From Dicyema japonicum (lineage: Eukaryota; Animalia; Dicyemida), in contig RDEW01000032.1 in NCBI GenBank assembly GCA_011109175.1, positions 22,459-86,458 of the forward strand: a stretch of 64,000 nt of DNA. The letters run 5' to 3'. Numbering within the stretch: position 1 is the stretch's first letter; each line of letters opens with the position of its first letter. The notes below the pieces were generated by a model. It was given only the letters and a program-made list of their open reading frames with translations, ran no database searches and was not told where the DNA came from. The translations under genes and the position numbers were made by a program. Shown piece after piece: positions 49,500-60,878 of this stretch.

Positions 49500-50575
49500 A
49501 CTACTTTTACCTGAGAGATGAAAGAACGGTGCGTGTCTTGTGGATATTGCAACGCGAGGAATTACCGGTTGAATTGCACATCTTGCGGGAGATTTTTCCA
49601 CCTCGGATGTGTCCGAATGTCAAAATTGTCAGCGAGATCTCTTTACAAATGGGACTACGCATACTGCATTGATGCCGACCCCGCTCGGTGCTGTCATCCG
49701 GCTGAATTCAGTCATCCCTCTTATTCTTATTCTGGACAAATCGAACCCTTTTAAGTTCGCCTATCGGAGAGTCGGAAAGGTAGACGGATTCCACTGAGGA
49801 TAACAAAGGCCGGTCGAATTACCGCTGCTGAATGCCTCACGTCATTAATTTATGAAGATTCTAAAACATTTCAAGAGAGAGTGAACCGAAAAATGATAGA
49901 AGGGTACGTTCGCGCTGCTGTAAGAGTACCGTCTTGTGACGAATAATTGTTGAAGCCGTGTCGAGAAGTCTTGGAGATACTGAAAAGGAATCACCCTGCT
50001 CCACCACCGAACCAGCGGAACTTGACAATAACAGAAGACCTTCCGGCATTTATTCCAACGGAATTTGAAGTAGTGCGTGGAATAAAGTCTTTTGCTCCCT
50101 GTAACGGACTGCGCCAAGCCATGTAAAGGACTTAACCTCCGAAGCTACTGCTGAATCTGGCCGTACCTTGTTAACGTCTATCAACTTGTTGCTCACTCGA
50201 ATAGTTAATGATGATATTCAAAATTTGCTAGAAATCTATTTTTGTGGAAATCTATTGGTATTCCGAAAAGGAGATGGAGGTGTCTGCCAAATTGCGATCG
50301 GTACATACTTTTGAAGACTTGCTGCTAAATTTGCTGCCCGGAGGGTCTCCCACAATATTGCTGAAAAGCTGTTCCCGACTCATCTTCGGGTAAGATTGAT
50401 CGGTGGTTGCGAGGCAGCAGTCCACGCTGTGAGGAGCTACTTCAACAACAATAATTCCCAGACACAAAGGCTAGGACTGAAGCTTGATGTATCAAATGCC
50501 TTCAGCTCGCTGAGGAGAGAGTGTATTTTAGATACCTGTTAGAAGAGAGCTCCAGAGATTGGCTGACTTTACCAT
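49500..50575 (+). mobile_element. CRE-clade element 5' region with PHD-like finger and RT start
   Basis: CVSC-x11-CTSC-x4-HLGC-x13-WDYAYC, then EGYVRAAVRV..NHPAPP, GDGGV..IAIG..RLAAK, GGCEAAVHAVR and KLDVSNAF. Confidence 0.8.
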
Positions 50576-50689
50576 CGACTGTATTTATGAAAAACAAATT
50601 CTGACTGTCATACGTAAATAAAAATAGCATTACATGCTGCAAAAGTATTTTGATGAATCAAAACCTCCTCCACCGTTATCGGCTTGTAC

Positions 50690-52190
50690 ATAGCATTCGG
50701 GTTCCCCCTAAAAGAAACTCAGCTTGCGCCTCTCCAAGCAGATGGCGGGCAGACCTTTCGCCGAATTCACCTGGTCGAACTGCAGTGACTGCCCCAAAGC
50801 TACCTGCGAAGATGTTCCTAATTTCAGTCGGGTCCGAGGTTTTAGAACCGACGCACGACTCAAGATACGTGCAGTCGACTCTTTTTCTCTGCCCGACAGG
50901 AGCTTCAATTGACTCCAGAAGTCCGGCCATGCGGGGTTCACCCTTTCGCAGGTCCTCCTCCATTTGTCGTTCATCTTATTTCCCTTCTCAGGCTATTAGC
51001 CTTTTTCTGGTAGTAGATCCGATTTTCTTCATATATGCAATTCGAGCGGAATCTCAGATACTTCTTTCAAAGTGTTATTTTACTCGAAATCAGGCCTGGT
51101 ATCCGCGCGAAGCTTTCACCATGCAGACGTAACCGGAAGTTACTCCGCATGTATTCCTCAAGGATACCACACAGGGTGGCATCCATTTCCTCCACGTCTG
51201 CATCACTGCAAGCTTTCCCTTTAAGAGGAGGGAGTTTGCTATCCATGAACGACTCCAGGTTATCCCAACTGCCAGAGCCCAAGTCGGGCCTAAGATCGAA
51301 CAGGTACGTGAAGATCGGTGAGTTGGGGACGGTAATCGCATCCATGTCCCTAAGAACACGAGGTACAGAGAGCATACCAGTTAACAATGGAGCGATTACG
51401 ACCATTTCCAGGTAGTCCTTCCTCTTGTACCCTTGTGGTTGGGATCCGTTGATGTAGAGCCCAAGATCCCCCGCTAGGTTCGGCAGTGCTGATCCAGCTC
51501 TTATATTAGTAAAGCAGCCAAAATCCAAATTCTTAGCATTCAGATTGCCAAAAATAACACAATGGAAATATATGTCGAGGGCAATTTTAATGTGACCCTT
51601 ACACAACCACAGCAAAATCCTAACGCGTAAAAGTATAAGCTCGCAATGAGGGCACTGGGATATACCGTGGACGACAGCTGCTAGACTCGTCCTCCAACTG
51701 ATATTAGTGCCCGAACCTCGATCTGTGTCACTCCACAAGAGATGACAGCTAGTATAGCCTTCAAAGTCTGCAACAGCCGATCCTTACAATTGATCTCGTT
51801 AAGGACCAAGATGTCGATCTCCAGGGAGTCCATTAGATCCTTGATGGCCTTCCTTCTTTTCCGGAGGGACCTAACGTTAACCGAAATGATGCGCAACTTC
51901 ACTTCGGAGCATTCACCTTCCTATCGCAGAGCGCAAAGTCCCTAAGCGCATAAGGGAACGTTGAGCCAGATTTGCTGCAGTAGCGACTTACCACACGGTG
52001 GACAGCGCTTACATCGCTGGCCACTCCAGAGGAGGGCGCTTGCCTTCTCCCCTGTACTACCTTCTCTGTAGCCTTATGAAACAGGGCCACTTCGAGTGGC
52101 CGCCCTGTGTCCTTCCTCTTTACAGTTCACGCACTTGAGAGAGCTGACTCTGGATTGACAGGCCTTCTGCGAATATGGGCCCCTCTCAAT
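50690..52190 (-). mobile_element. Jockey/I-like LINE remnant (ORF1 zinc knuckle, APE, start of RT)
   Basis: KCVNCKEEGHRAA; ORF2 start MKLRIISVNVRSL..VLNE; VIFGNLNAK. Confidence 0.75.
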
Positions 52191-52399
52191 ACTGCAAGAT
52201 TTATTGTTTCTTTTCTTTAAACATAATTTCCTCTATTGCTATATGAAAGAATAATTTTAATTCAATTTTACTACCTACTTGTTTAATTTTGATAAATTTT
52301 TTCTAGTAGAATTCTACAAATTTTAACCAACTTTCCTTTCTTTAAAATTATGTTTAATAAATACCTTGTTAATATTATTTCAGATGAAGAAACACCTTT

Positions 52400-53050
52400 T
52401 AAATATTACTTCAGATGGATTATCAGAAGACCAAATGAAGAGAGTCCGGATGTTGCTGAAGCTGGGATCACTTAATTAGTTTTTTTTACCCCAAGATCAC
52501 CGGATTAGAAAAGTTAAAACTTAACTACTAACTAAGTGATCCCGGTTTTCCGGGTTCTGAATCTCGTTCGGGGTCCTCGAAGATCCAACTGAATTGGTAG
52601 AAACAGGGACGGTCTCATTCTTTATAGATTTCCCGCATTTTCTAGATAGTCAGTTATAGAGAGTGAAAGTGGACAGTCGGTTTTTATTACCCACTTTAGA
52701 AATGACTTCACTCTCCACCTTAGGTGTTCTTTAACATTCAATACGTTATCCGCATTTTTCTTATTTATTATTTTCAAGAAAGCAAGTTGTGCGGCTTCTA
52801 ATTTTTGAGACGACGACTCAGATATCATCGAGCTCCAGGAGGGACATGTACATTCGATTACTGGAAGTATGTATTGTCTGTAAATTTTCTGTAGTAAGAA
52901 GATGTTGTGCCCGATTGGTGATCGAGACAAAATTTTCAATATGTTGGTTCTCCTCCTGACTTTGTTAATAACGTCATTGACATGTTGGACGAATGTCAGG
53001 AGAGTATCCAACTTCAATCCTAGTACTGTTGGAAAAAATTTCATATCCAA
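52400..53050 (-). mobile_element. Tail-to-tail pair of Ingi/Vingi-like LINE 3' ends (+ strand 52400-52510, - strand 52510-53050)
   Basis: ORF 52622-53050 (VLGLKLD..LTF..HV, IYRQYILP, KLEAAQ); GGGATCACTTA.TTAG 3' motif present in both orientations. Confidence 0.75.
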
Positions 53051-53744
53051 ACAATTTGATTTTGGGAGAAAATAACGATCTTCTATATGTAGAGAAAATT
53101 GTTATAAACGACTTTCCTGTAGAAACTTCCAGTCGATTTGATGTGAACCTAATTAGTTAGTTTTGACCTATCGTTCCTGGTGATCTTGGGTTAAATAAAA
53201 TTACTTCAGATGTATATCCAATTGAATTAAATTTATTTTTACTAGAATTGTTTTTAATAGTAGCATTTGTGACTGCTCATATCAGTTCGTCTATTTTTGT
53301 ATATTTCTTTATTTTCAAAAAACAATTATGCAACAAGTGTGAAACACAAGTCATATAAAATAATCTTTGATAGATTATTTTTAACGCTTTACTGTCTAAA
53401 TTCAATAATATGGATAATACCAGAAATTATATATGGAGCACCATCGGATAGTGACAATAATATTTTCTCGTTCATCTGGATATATTGGACAATATGATAA
53501 GATTTGGGACGACGGAGAAGAATCGAGAAATTTGCATTCGATAAGATAAAAATCAGACGAATTTTTTATGCTTTCAATCGATCCTAATACAAACGACTGT
53601 CCTCTAACATCAGATTCTATTATGAATCTGTTGTGATTTTTCTATGAAATCAAATTCCCTTGATTCGTACTCATGGCTATTTTGTAAACATTAATAAATA
53701 CCTAACAAATTCTTGCTCTAAATGGTCATATCCAAAATAAACAA

Positions 53745-54380
53745 ATTCAGGTGATCCCAGCATCCCTTAGGAGTCTCCGCATCTTTTCTTGGTGTCCCAA
53801 CTGCGTTCCTGCGCATTCATAACATGAACGTGGTCCGCATACTCAAGTCCTTCGCAGGGGCACTATTCCAGTCGCCTCTATCACATTTTTCTAGGCTTCT
53901 AGACAGGATTTCCACTCGGGGATATTTCCTTAGTAGGTTTGCTGCCTTTACTTGAATGCTGCATATTTTGTCCAAATTCAGTGCAGAAAGGTTAGATTCT
54001 CAGATATTACATGCGTATCCTATTGTAGCCTCGATGAACTGTTTGTAAATGAAATACCAGAGAACTCAGATCTTTTACGTCTCATAGGATCGCAAGAACG
54101 CCTTTGGAAAGTTATTATCTTTTTACAAGTCATATCATAATTTCGATATGTTTTATAAATGTTAGAAATGTGTCCAAGGTGACTCCCAGGATTTTATGGA
54201 ATTTGTTTTGCGGGATAATCTTCCACATAGTGTGACGTCAATTGATACTTTCCCGAGTCTTCTGTTTGTCGTGAATAGGGTCTACACCGACTTCTCCGAG
54301 CTAGCAGTCAATTGATCTTCCCAAAGCCATAACCTTAATTTATTCATATTGTCCTGTATTCTTCTCGTTGATTCCACAAT
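53745..54380 (-). mobile_element. Ingi/Vingi-like LINE 3' fragment (related piece at 48230-48470)
   Basis: SEKSV.TLFTTNRR..IDVTL matches 31690; ends in CTGGGATCACC. Confidence 0.7.
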
Positions 54381-54429
54381 ACTCACATCCCACGTTTTTT
54401 TTTATTTTTTAACAACCCCGGGAACACCA

Positions 54430-56240
54430 AGAAAGAAAGACAAAAAGTCAAACAGTTAGGTGATCCCAGTCCTCGCAATCAATTGTGCCATTCGACGTCT
54501 GTGATATTGCATCGTTCCCACTACTTTCCAAAAGAGCCTGCTCTCGGTCTTGCAGAGGAATCCGATCGGGGAGGGGAATTTCTTATCCAATCGGTTTACT
54601 CTTGCATGGAAAAAATCAGGCGAAGCGGATTTCCATCTTCCTCACAGACGCGAAGAATCCACGACTACGGATCTTAGCTTCCATGAGTAGTGGGTCGACT
54701 GTTGATCCACTACGTGGGCAAAGCATACTGATTGTTTTCTGGTGTATCGAGTTGACTCTGGACTATAACTCGATAGCGAATCTCCATGCAACGGAAACAA
54801 ACTCAACAGCAGGCGCGATTGTTTGTTGGTAGAGGCTAGAAATGGAAAAGTCCATGTTCCTTGTGGTCCTACGGACAAGGGTGCGTAAAACGTTAATTTC
54901 TGGAGGCCCCTGGTAATCATGTCTTTTGCGTGGAGTTGAAATTTAGTAGACTGTCGTACTTGACTCAAGGACAGTGGGGGATCTTTCACTGGAATCCGAG
55001 TGGGACCAATAAAAATACTCAGTTCATCCTTAGAACGAAGTAAAAGTGAACAGGTGGACTTGGTTGCAGAAATCGTAAGTCGATTGTCTGAAGTCGATTG
55101 TCAACAATCCAATCCGAGTGTTCAATTTTGCCTGAGTTTTAAAGATGCGACTTGCGTCGAGCGGTTCCGTATTGCAATAACTACATCGTCTGCGTAGGAT
55201 AATAGCAGGGAATCTTCGTTTCCATCATTAGGTAGGTCGTGTAGGAATAGGTTGAATAGAATTGGAGTAAGTGGAGACCCCTGGGATACCCGTTCGGTAG
55301 TAATCGTGATCCAGATTTGAGATCACCACTGACTACTCATCCACGTCTTCCAGACAAAAAGTTGGCCAGCCATAATTTAACATTTGGACGAATATTAGTA
55401 GAAAATATTTTCTAAACAGGATTTTCCTCGAAACAGTGTCAAAGGCTTTGTTGATGTCAATAGAAACCAAGATTGCGCGCTAGTGAGGCAGAGGATGGGT
55501 GTTAAAACCTTAGGCAATGAACTGCGAGAGGGTTGCCAAGTATTTAGCAGTGGACCTACCGCGGAAGAAACCATGTTCAAATATAGGACGTGGAAGATAC
55601 GGAAATGACTGATAATAAAAGTTTCTCCATAATTTTTGACAGTGAGCTGGTAACGGAAATAGGCCTGTAAGAGGCAGGTTCTGTCTCTGGTTTCCCAGCC
55701 TTCAATATCGTCTGATGATAGAATTCTTCCAAATCTTGGGAATAATATTATAGTAATGGACAGGTTGTATATTTGCGTGAGTAGCCACTTGCGTAGTAGC
55801 TTAGGTGTTTTAGGTGAATAGAAGATACTTTGTCAGGCCCGCACGCCCGTGAGCTCTTTAATCTGGTGATCACATCCAAGACTTGGTCATCTGTGAATAG
55901 TTCGTAGTAAAGTTCCTTCTTTTCGTGATAAGGTTCGTGGTAAGCTAGGACTCTTTATTAAAGAGAGGTCAGTCTCATTTTCGCTGAGGAGTGCCCAGAG
56001 TTCAGATTTTCTTCCTGATCCCATTCGTATTCAGTTGTATAATTGTAAAACCTCTCAATGGACCAAGATTGGTTTCGACGTCTCCACATAGAAGAATTAA
56101 ATGTCTGGATAAATGGGGATACCAGACAGGGTCGAAGACACAGGAGATGAAAGGACCACCGGACGGTAAGGAGAAGCTGTTGGCTCTTTTCGTTCTCTTT
56201 TGGAATGGGTGACATTATTTCTGGTGAGGCACATGACACC
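54430..56240 (-). mobile_element. Degenerate Ingi/Vingi-like LINE with head, 2A, APE start, RT and 3' UTR (internally deleted)
   Basis: Head GGTGTC-ATG-TGCCTC-ACC...CGAAAA-GAGCCA; LLCGDVETNLGP; QLNTNGI; GVSQGSPL; SYADDVV; no RNase H motif seen. Confidence 0.85.
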
Positions 56241-56419
56241 ACACTAACAACATAAAATATTTATCCCACGTTTTGAACGTGACATAACTAAGAATAGTAA
56301 TGATACACTTGTTTAATATTTTATTTTTATTAAAAATTAATTAAAATTAAAAAAATGGCATTTATGTCAACTAAAACGAATTATGGCATTTAAAACTAAT
56401 TTGTTTAAAACTAATCCGC

Positions 56420-58860
56420 CATCCCACGCTTCCTTAGCAAATAATCAAGAATTCTCGGTGGAGGATTATTGATGTTTTTAGTGAGGGTCTTTTGTTCACC
56501 GATGTCACCCCGTTTTTATTTTCTCTTTGCGAAGGAGACTCTATTCTGGAGCAAATTTCTATTGAAGTTCCTTTTCACCCTCAAGACGTTTTAGACTGTG
56601 TAATATATATATCCACCTCACGATTCGTCGATTTCCCTTATTAGAAAGTATATTCCAAATTTTTTGAAACTTTTTGAACTGAAAGATCTGGTATTATGCG
56701 GCGACCTAAATGTCAAACAACCACTCTGGCTCAGGACACAATCAGCCGACAGTTGCGCAGAGTACACATTTTCCTTACATAATGATTTGACTATCTCAAT
56801 GACCCGGACTCTCACACAAGGACCCGACCCGCAGAAAGGACAGTCCAACATCCTTGAACCTGTCTCTCTGCCTTCCTATGGCTGGATGTAATTCATGGAA
56901 TGTTCGTTATGGTATCTCAAGCGACCATAAGCCCATTGTGTTAGACTTATAAGGCCTATTTATTCACTATGTTGTTCTACAAAGTTCAAAAATTACTTGA
57001 AAGCCGACTGGCAAGGTTCAGGAAGTATGTGACAATAGTCTCCTTGACCTTACTATGGTTAATTGCAAAGTAGAGAAGACGGCCAGATTCTGTCCGCCAT
57101 CATTCTAAAGCTGATAAACTATTTATACCTGTCGCATTTTAGAATAAGTTCAATCCAAGATTATCATCACAAATTGTGTCACTCATCAGAAACGAGATTC
57201 GGTGAAGAGGAATAGAACACAGACCAATAACTCCTTCTACTCTATACGCTCAATGAATACCAACTTATGAGCTTATCCTAACTAACAACAGACTCAAATG
57301 TAGCCACCTAGTTGGACGACTATATCACAAAAACTCTTTTGCCACATTTTGGAAAACGCTAAGAAGGATCAATAGCCTTATCAATGAGAGGACCAAGGAA
57401 CTGAGGACGTTACCCGCAACGCTTCGGAACCCGCACGCGAATTCGCAAACAAAATTATGAAGTACTACGAGTCGATCAGCCATAATGATTTTCTCGTTGT
57501 ACACTTGTTGAACGGCGCTGGCCACAACAAGAACCATATTCCACCTTCTTCACCCCCGATAATTTTGATAAAGCTATTAAATTGCTATCCCACTCGTGCT
57601 TGTGGTCCCGACCGTATTTGCACTATTCACCTCAAACATCTTGGACCTCAGACACGGGCCATACTATCGAGACTGTACAACGACTTTATCAACTACCATA
57701 CGCTACCTAATATATGGAAGAATTCCCTTATTACGCCAATTCTAAAGGCTGGAAAATTAAAAGACGTTCCTTCTTACCGCCGTCTCAATAATAATTTGTG
57801 TCACATCAAAAGTGCTGGAAACGCTTGGATTAATACGTATATCTCCTGTTCTACAACTACCTGAATTACAACATGGTTTCAGGGTAGACCGTTCTACAAC
57901 AATTCATTTGGATTCTATATTCCAGTTTATTACTGACGGCTTCAGTATGAGAACACAATTACAGATAGTCTTAGTGTCCATCGATATATACAGTATGCCT
58001 TTGATTCTGTTCCAAGGAAACTCATAAGATTTTTAATTCTAGCTTACATCCGAACTTCAAGCTATGGTTAAAAAACTTCTTAACTGGGCGACGCGGAAGG
58101 GTTCGGATTGACAAAACCACTTAAAAAACTAGACTACTATCCAATAGGGTCCCGCAAGACTCCCTTTTATCTCCTCTCATTTTAACCTATTTCTACAAAC
58201 CCTACCCACTACCAATGACCAGGACACTATGTTTTTATCCTATGCAGACGACCTAATTATCGCTGCAAAAGATAAATCTCCTTCCGTGGCTGTATCAATT
58301 GTTCAGTTACACCTAAACCGGGTATGTGACTGGCTATCTGCAAATATGTTATGTGTGTCAGCACCTATATCCTAGTTCACCATTTTCAATACTGATTGAA
58401 GATTTAAGGATGAACTCGAACTGCTCTTTGGAGATACTTCTATCTCTTCTACGCAGACCCAGAAGATCCTTGGGTAGTTTTTGACTCTCTGATGACGTTT
58501 TCGAGTCATGTGGAGTTGGAGTTTGCCAAGGGTCTTCGGAAATGGAACATTTTAAAAGCGATCATTAAGAAAAGCCCCTTCCTTTTCGCTGCTTTCGTCA
58601 ACGAGGTCTACCAACAAGTCATTCCTCTACTAATGAATATAACTGCTCCGGTTGTAGATTTGCCATTCCTTCTTTGGGTCGATTATAAAAAAGTGCACGC
58701 CGATTGAAATTCTATGTAGAAGGAAAAGAAGGCGCTTCCGGAATGCGGTTGAGTCATCAGAAAACCAGGCAAAGAGATTTCGGATGTTGTTGGAGCCTGG
58801 GATCAGCTAATTAGTTAGTTTTGACCTATCTTTCTTGGTGATCCTGGAGTTAAATAAATA
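56420..58860 (+). mobile_element. Degenerate Ingi/Vingi-like LINE (APE, RT, 3' UTR)
   Basis: Motifs GGGLL, CGDLNVKQP, CGPDRI, QHGFR, SYADDLI and PKILG; 3' GGGATCAGCTAATTAG...GGTGATCC. Confidence 0.85.
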
Positions 58861-60878
58861 AAATAAAAATAACCCTTTGCTGAAAAATGTAATTTAACGG
58901 AAATAAATAGGGATACTACTAGAAAATGTCTTTGGATGGAAGAACTACAAAACAGAACCAAAGAACTGGTCTGATGTCATTCCTGGTTTATTGGGGTATT
59001 CATCTAAAAGACTAACATATCTCATAATTACTTCATTTAACACACATCTTTAGGATAGTAAGTAAGGAAATTTGACAGTGAGGAAATTAACCGAGTGTTT
59101 TTAGACATGTAGTCAAAAACATGTGGAAACTCAAAAATAAAACAGGTTTGCTTTATTAAGTCATTAGAATAATTAAAAATACCTTTTTAAGCCTAAAAAG
59201 TACTTTTGATGAGATTTTAAAGAACGAAAGCATGGAAATCTAACGACAGCAGAAGATGGTGAGGGCAGCCAGGTAGTCAGTCTAACAACGCCTTCTATGA
59301 AGTCATGAACAAATACTTTAAAAACCTAGAAACGAGATAACCAAATTTCATTTCAGGAGAGCGTCCAGGAGTTACGTCCATGTCAGATAGAACCTCCCTA
59401 TATCGGTCAGGGGCACATAGTTAGTTATGAACTTTCTTTCTGTTCCTTTTAACTCTGTGATCCTGGAGTAATAATTTAACCCCACTTGTCACAAGTCAGA
59501 CGAAAAGATCAACACCCTTTGTATCACAAAACGCTGTGTAGTGTAAATATTTAAGCACATTTCGTTACCTAGGAATACTGATTGGCACAAATGGGGACAA
59601 TTTGTGTGACCGCAGCAGTTAAAATGAGGAAGCTCTTCCAGCCGATGTATATCTAAAAAAACTAAGACTAAAGAAAATACATTCCCTTTTTGTTTTTGAG
59701 TGAGTAATCGTCCTTACTCGGACAAATGGTCATTTTAGATGATTATTTGTTTATGGTAGTGGCGTTTTATATCTAATTCAAGCTTGGACGACTGTAACGT
59801 GCGTTAAAATAATTAAAACAACTAATTAAGTGAACTAACTTCGAATGATTTTCTGGACTTTTATTGTTGATCCTCCGATGTCCACTTTAGAAGGTGGAAC
59901 CTCCTTGAATACAAAATAACTCCATAGAGGCGTCATTTTTGGGTTCCTCTACATTGGAAATCGCATCGCCAATCGGATTACATGTTCTTTACAGAAACGA
60001 GAATACCAAGGCCATGGTTCCCTATAAATTCTTACGAGAGGAGAGTGGTATAAGTGGTTGTAAATTTGTGAATTTAATAAAAGAGAAATAATTCAACACA
60101 AAATCAAGTAGTTGTCTAATCCCTAGACAGATATTATTCGAATATTACGGAATAGGCAAGAAGTGGAACATTGAAGTTGAATAACTTCACAAACATGAAA
60201 GTTGTTTCTTGAAAATTATTAAATGAGAAATCCGGAATCATCGTCAACAATTGCAAATTAATAAGTCACATAGTAATTAATGGGTCAATAACTAACATAG
60301 TAATAAATAGGCTATATTTTTCTCAAAGTTTATTGAATAGTAAAGCTAGAAGTAAATATCTGTAATCTATTCATTTATTTTAAAATTGAAAACGCAAGAG
60401 AGTTTAATGAGATCACATACAAAATTGATGTGACCCGTTTTTTTTATTTTTATTAATCGTGATAAAAGATTTACTCTTAAATAACTAAATATAAAAGTAT
60501 CAATGGGAATTATCATTTTTATAAAGACTTTTATAAATTAAATGTTGTATTTACTAGTGCTAGAAGCTCTTTCTTGAAAATTAGGTCAACATATTCTACA
60601 TATTTCAATTCTTCTATCTTTTTTAGAATTCTCGCTTATTTCATCAATTCTCGACTGAGAAAATAAGAAAAGCAGCAATTAAGATTGTCATTCAGAAATA
60701 GCAGAATGAGATCTTCAGCGAAAAAAAAGAACGGCCGCATGAATCGATTAAATGGATCGCAATTTTAGAAAGAATCTTTGATTTCTATTCGTATTTTCTA
60801 CTAAAATTATGCTTGATCAAAAATTAGCATATAATTTACATTTACATATAAAAACAAAACCATAAATTATTAACGATA

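Noticed and set aside
817-58500. CTGATGA hammerhead-core matches (for example 817, 3645 reverse, 19848, 28329, 46616, 58490)
   Set aside because: None is followed by a stem II and GAAA in the required geometry; they lie in coding or SINE core sequence.
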